Shown: in pieces, positions 57,018-64,000 of the stretch
How positions within the stretch are numbered: position 1 is the stretch's first letter
Layout of the letters: the number at the start of each line of letters is the position of its first letter
Origin: Candidatus Hydrogenedentota bacterium
GTDB lineage: Bacteria > Hydrogenedentota > Hydrogenedentia > Hydrogenedentales > SLHB01
NCBI GenBank assembly: GCA_045863295.1
Contig: BTWA01000009.1
Span: 32,001 to 96,000 of the forward strand
Length of the DNA: 64,000 nucleotides
Direction: 5' to 3'
Translations under genes and position numbers: made by a program
The notes under the pieces: generated by a model
The model's input: the letters and a program-made list of their open reading frames with translations, nothing else
Told to the model about the DNA's origin: nothing
Databases searched by the model: none

Positions 57018-58980
57018 GAACGCCTCGTACGAGCGGTTCCGCGGTTTTTGCAGCGGCCGTAGGGGGGATAGCATCGGACTTTGCGCTTGAGACCAGCGGT
57101 ACCGAGAGGCGGAACCGGCACCCCTGCGGGCCGGGGATATACTCCAGCGTTCCGCCATGCATCACGGCCGTCCGTCGCGCCAGTGTGAGGCCCAGTCCCA
57201 TTCCTTTTTCGCGCGTGCTGAAGAAAGGCAGGAATATCAACGGCACGAATTGTTCCGGGACGCCGGGGCCCGAATCGGTGACGGTGATCTCGATGCGGTT
57301 GTTGGACTCGCCGGAGGCGACCGTGATTACACCGCCTTCGGGCATGGCCTCAATCGCATTTTTTACCAGGTTGTGTATGGCTTGGGCAACGTACACGGGA
57401 TCCATTTCCGCCGGCGTGATGGATGGATCCAGTTGTCGATTCAAACGGATTCCTGCAGCGCCCAGCTTTTCGCGGAACGAGTCCAGCACAGTATTTATGG
57501 TGTCGTTTATGTGCACGCGTTGCAGCGCCATTTTGGGTTGGCGGGCAAAATCAAACAGACTTTCCACCACGCGGTTGATGCGCGCGACTTCTCCCATGAC
57601 TGTTTCGCAGAATTGATCGCGGAAGTCTTGCGATTCATATTTTTTGGGCAACAGTTGCGCAAAGGTATTGATGGCCACGAGGGGATTCTTGATTTCCTGC
57701 GCTACACGTGCGGAAAGGAACTCCCAGAACGGGCTGGTTTCCAGGTCGTCCTGGGCAGTCCGCTCGTCCATGGCGGGTATGGGCGCCATGAGCACGACGG
57801 CTCCGTCGCCTTCCAAGACGGAAACGCTAACGCCCAAGATAGTATTTGTAGCTCTGTCGCGGACGGTATGACGTAGAACCGGTCTGTTTTCTCGGAGTGC
57901 CTGCAAGACGACGTGAGCGAGTTCCGAGCCGAGCCGTTGCACGCTTCGGCCTATATGATCGTTTGCGGATACCTGCAGGAATTTTTCCGCGCTGGCATTC
58001 ATCATCGAGATGGTGTTGTCCGCTCGCACAAAAATCACGCCGCTGGTCAGGCGAGCAATGGCGGTATCCAACTGTGTTTGTTTTTCGGCCACCGCGTCGT
58101 AGGTTTGGGCATTGTCCAGAGCGATGGACGCGCAGCGTGCGAACGAGGTCAGCAGGTCACGTTCTTCCTGGCTATAGGCGCGTCCGGTCGCTTTTTCGCC
58201 TATCAGGATAGCGCCGACGACACGGCCGGCGCGCAGCAGAGGCACGCCAAACCGCGCCCCCAAAAGCCGCATGTGTTTGGCGGCAGGCGCCTGAGCAGGC
58301 AAGAGATTGCGATCGATCAGGCATGGGTTCTCTTCAAAGCACCGCATGAGCCCCGCGGCGAACCCGAGCCGAAGCGAATCGGTCAGCGCGGGTGAAAGAC
58401 CGACACCCACCGCGACTCGTGCTTCGCCGCCCTGTTCCAGCAGAATTGCCGTGCGAACCGGGTCGAAGATATCTGAGACGGCATCCTGTAGCGTTTGCAG
58501 CAATCGTTGCGGGTCTTGCAACATGCCGGCGGCGCGACCGAGCCAGCGCAACGCCGTTTGATGCTGGGACAAGTGCGCCGCAGGGGTAATGTCCGCAGGC
58601 GCTGGCGGCGCAATTATTTCGACAGTGCGTTCCAACGGCCTTGCGCGATCCATTGCGGCATGCAGATCGGCGCAATTGAACGGTTTGGGCAACGCTGCCG
58701 AGGCCCCAGCGAGAAGATAGGACGCGAGCGTTTCGGAGTCGCTGTAGTTGGACAAGACGATGACCGGCGTGTCGGGCGAGACACCGCGCAATTGGCGCAA
58801 GGCGTCACGCCCCTGGGTGCGCCAATCGTCGAGTATGACTACGTCGGCATTGACGGCGATCATTCGACGGATAGCCTGTTCGACATTGGGTTCAAAGAGC
58901 GCGACAGATGCATCCGGCAGTGCGGCTGCCAGGGATTCGCGCAAGGCTTTGTCTTCCGCAACGATGAGTACCAGATTCAT
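56995..58980 (-). CDS. REC-GAF-PAS histidine-kinase-like protein lacking the phospho-accepting His
   Basis: H-box reads VAQEIKNPL; intact NLVKNA, DSGPG, FFSTR and GMGLGL boxes; atypical receiver. Confidence 0.88.
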   Translation of the reverse strand: MNLVLIVAEDKALRESLAAALPDASVALFEPNVEQAIRRMIAVNADVVILDDWRTQGRDALRQLRGVSPDTPVIVLSNYSDSETLASYLLAGASAALPKPFNCADLHAAMDRARPLERTVEIIAPPAPADITPAAHLSQHQTALRWLGRAAGMLQDPQRLLQTLQDAVSDIFDPVRTAILLEQGGEARVAVGVGLSPALTDSLRLGFAAGLMRCFEENPCLIDRNLLPAQAPAAKHMRLLGARFGVPLLRAGRVVGAILIGEKATGRAYSQEERDLLTSFARCASIALDNAQTYDAVAEKQTQLDTAIARLTSGVIFVRADNTISMMNASAEKFLQVSANDHIGRSVQRLGSELAHVVLQALRENRPVLRHTVRDRATNTILGVSVSVLEGDGAVVLMAPIPAMDERTAQDDLETSPFWEFLSARVAQEIKNPLVAINTFAQLLPKKYESQDFRDQFCETVMGEVARINRVVESLFDFARQPKMALQRVHINDTINTVLDSFREKLGAAGIRLNRQLDPSITPAEMDPVYVAQAIHNLVKNAIEAMPEGGVITVASGESNNRIEITVTDSGPGVPEQFVPLIFLPFFSTREKGMGLGLTLARRTAVMHGGTLEYIPGPQGCRFRLSVPLVSSAKSDAIPPTAAAKTAEPLVRGVHENHTGG

Positions 58981-61532
58981 GGCTGGCTACTCACGGAAGC
59001 GTTTGCGTTGTTGGGGTCCCATCCTTGCCGCATTTTGGGTGGTGGATCGAGAGGGAGGAGGATAACGAACGAGGCACCTCCCGACGGGTTATTTTCCACG
59101 TAAATTTGTCCGGCGTGTTCGCTGATGATTCCGTGCACGACGGATAGGCCGAGGCCGCTGCCCCGGTCCTTTGTGGTGAAGAACGGAGTGAAAATGCGAT
59201 CCAGGGCGTCGGGGGCGATCCCCGTGCCGGTGTCGGACACAGTGACTTTGACGCACTCTCGAACCGGCTTTGGCCCGTGGCCGTTGCTGCTGTAGAGAGA
59301 CGCCTGGTCGCGTGCAGCGGTAATGGTCAAAGTTCCCCTTCCGTGGTCCTTCATGGCATCGATGGCGTTGAGTACTAAATTCAAGAAAACCTGATGCAAC
59401 TGCTGTTCATCGCCGTAAATGCATGTGCAATCCGTGGCCAGCTTGGTTTCGACGCCAATGATGCCTTTACGGATCTGATTCTCCAGCAGAATGAGGACCT
59501 CCTCGATGATAGCATGAAGATTCTGAGGCGCAAAATTCGCAGGCTTGGGCCTCGCGAAGTGGAGCAGGCGCGTGACGATGGAATCGATTCTCTCCACTTC
59601 GGTTGGAACCACATCGCTGAACGTGTTTCGAAAATCGGGATCGTTGTAACGGTCCATGAGAAGTTGTGCGAAGGTCTTGATGGATACGAGTGGGTTTTTG
59701 ATTTCATGCGCCATGCCGGCGGCGAGCGTGCCAATAGAGGAGAGCCGGTGGGCGCGCTGCATGCTTTGTTCCAGGCGTTTCAAATGCGTGAGGTCGTATA
59801 ACAACGCCATCGCGCCCGTGACTTCCTCGTCCACGGTAGTGAGACACGAGGAGGACATGGCCACGGAAATGCGGTCGCCGTTGGGCCCGGTGATGACGGT
59901 TTCATAGTCGTGAACACTTTGTCGCGTAGTGAGGGTTTGTCTTATGACACTGGCCACTTCGGGCGTAAGCACATCGACGTGTGCGCCGATCTTAATCGGA
60001 CCGAGCAATTCGACGGCGCCTTGATTTACCGTAGTGACTTCGCCGCTGGTGTTTACGGCGACGACGCCGCCGCGCATGTTACTGAGGATGCGGGCGCGAT
60101 GCAGGTTGGCTTCCTCTAGCGCGCGGTAGAGGCGTGCATTTTCGATGGCCGCGGCCAGAGGCCCCGCGAGTGCCTGAAATGCCAGGACGTCTTCCGCTGT
60201 AAAGATGTCCTTTGACGTTTTTTGACTGAGGGTCATAATACCCACCAGCGTTGATTTTTGAATTAGCGGCACCGCCATGTAGGCGTCCAACTCCGCGAGG
60301 AGTTCGGCGATTCGCACGCGGTCGGCGGAGGGTTTTCCGTGAATCAATTGTTCCAGCACGAGGGGGGTCGGGTTTAGGTGCAGGTAGTCGAGCAGCATGC
60401 CGAACTGGTGGAGGCGTCCACCCATTTCGCGCCTATCGCTCGAGTACTCAGTAATCAGGATATCCTTGTCCTTGGGATCGACCAAATGGATTCGGATGGT
60501 CTTCACGCCGAGGGTCTGTTGGATGTTCGTGCAGACGGATTCCATGAGTTCGTCAATCTGCACAGTTTGCGAAGCCTTTTCGCTGACGCGTGCGAGCAAT
60601 TGCTGGGCGTCGTAGTGACGCTTGAGAATCACGCGTTTGGCGATCAGTTGCAGGCGTTCCTTCAGGGGTTCCAGAAAGACGGCGATCACGATGGCGGCGA
60701 GCAGGGCGGTGATGATATCGGCGTCGCCGCGGGCGATGCTCAATCCATAATGGGCCAACACAAACGCGCCCACGAAGATAAGTACGACAAACCCCGTGGT
60801 GACCGTGTATACCGCGGTGGCGGACAGGATTACCCACACGTCCATCAAGTGGTACCGGATCATGGCGTAGGCGAAGATGGCCATGGTGGGCAGCACGAAA
60901 ACAGGTCCATAGGGTTCGAAGAAGCGGATTCCGAGGAATACCAAAAGCATGTTCGTAATGAAACCGAGGATGGCGACGACAAACACGCCCAGGATTACGT
61001 GTTGAATCTGGCGGCGTTGAATGCCGGACGAAACCCGCAGTTTCCGGAACAGGTTGATGTAGATCAGAATTAGCGCCAGTACGCCCAGCGGAAAGAATCC
61101 GAAATTGAAGACCGGTCCGTACACCACGTTGGGATAGCCCGTGGATTTTGCCTCGACGGTGACAAAATAGTAGGGATCGGGCAGGAAGCAAAGTACAATG
61201 AGGGCCAGCCCCACGACGTAAAAGAAGATGACGGCGGAGCGCGAGCCTTGGAACCGTCCTGTGGGGGAGTAGCAAACAAAGTTATAAAACGTGCCGGGGA
61301 ACAGACACGCAATAATGAATGTGGATCGCATCCAGAAGCGCGCATCTTCGACGTTGGTGCAATGGATAATGGCGAAAACGCCGAGGACCCACAACATCAG
61401 ATTCGTGGACAGGGCAGCGAATGCGATGTGATTGACACGGCGGTGGTTGTGGCCAAGGACGATTGCCGTGAGCGCAAGGCAAGACAGGGCGGAGAGGATT
61501 TGGAAAAATCCTGTGACGTCAATCCACCACAT
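58977..61532 (-). CDS. Multi-TM GAF-PAS sensor histidine kinase (PrsK-like architecture)
   Basis: About nine N-terminal TMs with YAMIRYHLMDV, GAF (AAAIENARLY), PAS, AHEIKNPL, NLVLNA, DTGTG and GSGLGL; TGATG overlap with the ketosynthase stop. Confidence 0.92.
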   Translation of the reverse strand: MWWIDVTGFFQILSALSCLALTAIVLGHNHRRVNHIAFAALSTNLMLWVLGVFAIIHCTNVEDARFWMRSTFIIACLFPGTFYNFVCYSPTGRFQGSRSAVIFFYVVGLALIVLCFLPDPYYFVTVEAKSTGYPNVVYGPVFNFGFFPLGVLALILIYINLFRKLRVSSGIQRRQIQHVILGVFVVAILGFITNMLLVFLGIRFFEPYGPVFVLPTMAIFAYAMIRYHLMDVWVILSATAVYTVTTGFVVLIFVGAFVLAHYGLSIARGDADIITALLAAIVIAVFLEPLKERLQLIAKRVILKRHYDAQQLLARVSEKASQTVQIDELMESVCTNIQQTLGVKTIRIHLVDPKDKDILITEYSSDRREMGGRLHQFGMLLDYLHLNPTPLVLEQLIHGKPSADRVRIAELLAELDAYMAVPLIQKSTLVGIMTLSQKTSKDIFTAEDVLAFQALAGPLAAAIENARLYRALEEANLHRARILSNMRGGVVAVNTSGEVTTVNQGAVELLGPIKIGAHVDVLTPEVASVIRQTLTTRQSVHDYETVITGPNGDRISVAMSSSCLTTVDEEVTGAMALLYDLTHLKRLEQSMQRAHRLSSIGTLAAGMAHEIKNPLVSIKTFAQLLMDRYNDPDFRNTFSDVVPTEVERIDSIVTRLLHFARPKPANFAPQNLHAIIEEVLILLENQIRKGIIGVETKLATDCTCIYGDEQQLHQVFLNLVLNAIDAMKDHGRGTLTITAARDQASLYSSNGHGPKPVRECVKVTVSDTGTGIAPDALDRIFTPFFTTKDRGSGLGLSVVHGIISEHAGQIYVENNPSGGASFVILLPLDPPPKMRQGWDPNNANASVSSQP

Positions 61533-62779
61533 CAATTACATTTCCTGAGCACCAAAGCGCCGTGCGTGCCTCCGAAGCTCATGGCCGTTACGATGGCTGT
61601 CCGCACGTCATTATAGCGCGCCTTTTTGGGAACGTAGTCGAGGTCGCACTCAGGGTCGGGATCCTGGAGGTTGATGTTGGGCGCGACGATACCTTCCTGA
61701 ATGGCCAGCAGGGCGGCGCCTATGCTGTAGAGGCCCCCCGCGGAATAGGGCTGTCCGGTCATGGACTTTGTGGCCGAGAGGGGGATCCGGTAGGCCTGTT
61801 TTGCCAGCGCTTTTTTGTAGGCGGCGGTTTCGGATCGATCGTACATGGGCAGGGAGACCCCGTGGCAAAAGGCGGCATCGATGTCTTCCGGCGATGTGCC
61901 GGCATCTTGAATGGCCGTGCTCATGGCGCGTGCCAGGGCCGCGCCTTCCCGTTCCAGGGTTAGCAAGTTGTTCGCCTCGGCGGAGGAGCCGTATCCGCCC
62001 ACTTCGGCCAGGATGGTGGCGCCTCGTTCCCTGGCGTGTCCGAGCCTTTCCAATACCAGGGCGGCCGAGCCTTCGCTCAAGACGATGCCATCGCTGTTTC
62101 GATCGAAAGGCCGCATTGCCTTTTCGGGAGCGTCGTTCATTTTGGAGAGGATGCCCAGTGCGCAGGAAGCGGCAATGGTCAGTTCTGTTAGCGGCGCTTC
62201 GGTAGCGCCGACGACCGCCATGTCGGCACGTCCGGAGCGGATTTGGGCAACGCCCCATGAGACTACATCGAGCCCAGTGGAACAACCGCTGGCCAACGTC
62301 ACCGCAGGTCCTCGCAGGCCGTGCGTGACACTGATGTATGCTGTTGCGCCGTGGCCTGACGATGCAGACGTAGTGAGTTTGTCCAGATTGGTCCAACCGC
62401 CGGTTTCATAGGATGTTCGATGGCGCAGATAGTGTTCGTCTGGTGAGCCCACGCTGGTTCCGAAGGCCGTGGCCATGCGTTCGGGATCGTACGTGCCGGG
62501 TACATATGAGGAATCGTCCAATGCCAGGCGGGCCGAGCCGGCGGCCAAGTGGACGTGGCGATACCACCGCCGGACATCGGCTTTTTTCATGAATTCAGAA
62601 GGGTCGTAATCGCGGACTTCCCCCGCAATTTTGCATGGAAAAGGGGTTGGATCGAAACGTTCGATACGGCGCACGCCCGAGCGTCCTTCGCGCAACGAAG
62701 ACCAAAAGGCCTTTCGCCCGACACCGTTGCAGGCGACAATCCCGAACCCTGTGACTACTATTGGTTCTCTGATTATCAT
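61532..62779 (-). CDS. Beta-ketoacyl synthase (FabF/type II KS-like), atypical active site
   Basis: IVVTGFG, GCSTG (Cys retained), RPFDRNSDGIVLSEG, CHGVS, KSMTGQPYSAGG and SFGG motifs. Confidence 0.88.
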   Translation of the reverse strand: MIIREPIVVTGFGIVACNGVGRKAFWSSLREGRSGVRRIERFDPTPFPCKIAGEVRDYDPSEFMKKADVRRWYRHVHLAAGSARLALDDSSYVPGTYDPERMATAFGTSVGSPDEHYLRHRTSYETGGWTNLDKLTTSASSGHGATAYISVTHGLRGPAVTLASGCSTGLDVVSWGVAQIRSGRADMAVVGATEAPLTELTIAASCALGILSKMNDAPEKAMRPFDRNSDGIVLSEGSAALVLERLGHARERGATILAEVGGYGSSAEANNLLTLEREGAALARAMSTAIQDAGTSPEDIDAAFCHGVSLPMYDRSETAAYKKALAKQAYRIPLSATKSMTGQPYSAGGLYSIGAALLAIQEGIVAPNINLQDPDPECDLDYVPKKARYNDVRTAIVTAMSFGGTHGALVLRKCN

Positions 62780-62897
62780 GATGAGTTGCCGTTCTATGCG
62801 CGTCGCGGACGGCGCATGCCGGGTTGCGCCTGTGTAGCGCATCCGCTAAATTCGCCACGATTCCCCCGGCCGGGCACACTACGCGCGGCCGATATTT

Positions 62898-64000
62898 TTA
62901 AGCCTGACTCGCGACGCCGCCGCGCGTGGCATCCAGCGGTTCGAAAGCTACGCGGCGCGGCGCAATGCAGACTGCTTCGTTAAATTGCATGACGAATTCA
63001 GCAATTCCGGAGGTGTCGCCTTCGAGGAGTTCGCGCTGGATGCGATCGCCGAACAGGCTTTCGCCTCCGTCATAGCCGACGAGGCGCGCAATACGCAGGA
63101 GCGGTTCCGGCGTGGATGCATGAACGCCAATCTCTTCGATATCTTTGATTAGTTCTTCACGTTCGGCGAGTGCCTGGGCCAAGCTGAGTTTTCCGATTTG
63201 ATAGGGCAACGCGCGCCAGCGATCTTGTGGAAGCGGAAACCGGCGGCGGCGCTTGATCATGTGATGCAAGTAGGCCGACTCATCCACACCGAATCCAAAC
63301 CGTTTCGGATCGCGGAACCAAAGAGAGAAAGGCGTCAAGCCGGGAAAAATGACCGGCGCGGCACTGGGCTTGGTGCGTTGGAGAATACGAAGGGTTTCAC
63401 AACGCGTGTGGTAGTCGTCCCACGGGCAGGGATACGAAAACGAAGCCACCGTGAAGAGCCCTGCGTTGCGGCTTGCGCGCAGTACGGTCTCGGCCTCGGT
63501 GACGGTAAAGCCAGTGCCGTAAAACTGATCGAGGAGGCGTTGACTGCCAGTGCCAATCTCAAAGGCCAGCGACATGCACCCGGACTGGCGCAAGGAATGC
63601 ATTGCGGCTGGCACCATGCGCCTTACATTGCTTGTACGCGTGTAGCGGATGCGCATGCCCCGCCGGATCAATTCGTTGGCCACGGCGGCCACGTGCGACG
63701 CGGGTGCGTGAGAGCCCGTGAATGCGAACGCGCGCGCGCCGAACAGGGTGCCTAGACGCCACATTTCGTGACACACGGCCGTCACCGGTTTCATGCTGAG
63801 CGAGCGGTCGGGGCTGATGCAGGGGTCCCCATTGCCCGGATGTGGATTCCCACGGGAATCCTCCACTTCAAACACGCGCAGCTTTTCGCCGTGGCGAAGC
63901 GCTGGATAGATGTCAATTTCGTAGGCGAGATTGGGAAGGCTGGACAACGTTGCGCCTGGCTGGCGCGGTGTACGAGCGAGAGTACGTCCACGCCGGACGA
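62898..64000 (-). CDS. Radical-SAM-like protein resembling the B12-binding class, without the CxxxCxxC motif (5' end outside the window)
   Basis: Frame is open to the window edge; EDSRG.P, SGCMSLAFEIGTGSQRLLD, YPCP and PFSLWFRDPKRFG resemble the radical SAM barrel. Confidence 0.65.
   Translation of the reverse strand, partial: VRRGRTLARTPRQPGATLSSLPNLAYEIDIYPALRHGEKLRVFEVEDSRGNPHPGNGDPCISPDRSLSMKPVTAVCHEMWRLGTLFGARAFAFTGSHAPASHVAAVANELIRRGMRIRYTRTSNVRRMVPAAMHSLRQSGCMSLAFEIGTGSQRLLDQFYGTGFTVTEAETVLRASRNAGLFTVASFSYPCPWDDYHTRCETLRILQRTKPSAAPVIFPGLTPFSLWFRDPKRFGFGVDESAYLHHMIKRRRRFPLPQDRWRALPYQIGKLSLAQALAEREELIKDIEEIGVHASTPEPLLRIARLVGYDGGESLFGDRIQRELLEGDTSGIAEFVMQFNEAVCIAPRRVAFEPLDATRGGVASQA

Noticed and set aside
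58977..61532. Calling the kinase and activator PrsK/PrsR of a PEP-CTERM system
   Set aside because: The architecture is similar, but no PEP-CTERM protein or exosortase is visible in the window.
1..64000. rRNA, tRNA, integrase or prophage genes
   Set aside because: None recognised by eye; a covariance-model scan would be needed to exclude small RNAs.

Overview
A 64-kb bacterial chromosomal window of moderately high GC, from a diderm organism. My impression is Candidatus Hydrogenedentota, but this is unverified. It holds about 50 coding regions. These include surface and protein glycosylation genes (partial DegT-type aminotransferase, GT2, three GT-C-type membrane enzymes, two GT4), many signalling proteins, housekeeping genes (CCA-adding enzyme, hisB, GTP-type PEPCK, ABC-F) and sugar enzymes (GH127, two tandem sugar dehydrogenase-like propellers, RbsD/FucU, aldose epimerase-like). 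A 3.7-kb accessory patch at 28.1-31.8 kb carries a RAYT with its REP repeats, an unrelated REPIN-like palindrome and an HrgA-like gene. The best candidate for an undescribed system is at 54.5-64 kb. There, a self-contained operon encodes three small peptides sharing an HxRx[IL][ST][RK]x(0-1)P leader. It converges on a same-strand cluster of a Cys-motif-less radical-SAM-like protein, an atypical ketosynthase, a membrane GAF/PAS kinase, a His-to-Gln pseudokinase and a sigma54 activator; the last four overlap or abut. A second pair of tiny Trp-rich peptides at 23.1-23.4 kb shares core motifs with two of those peptides. Strand base skew appears to flip at the accessory patch, and the two genes flanking it show extreme avoidance of G at third codon positions. 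I saw no rRNA, tRNA or CRISPR array. All family assignments come from motif recognition by eye, with no searches run.
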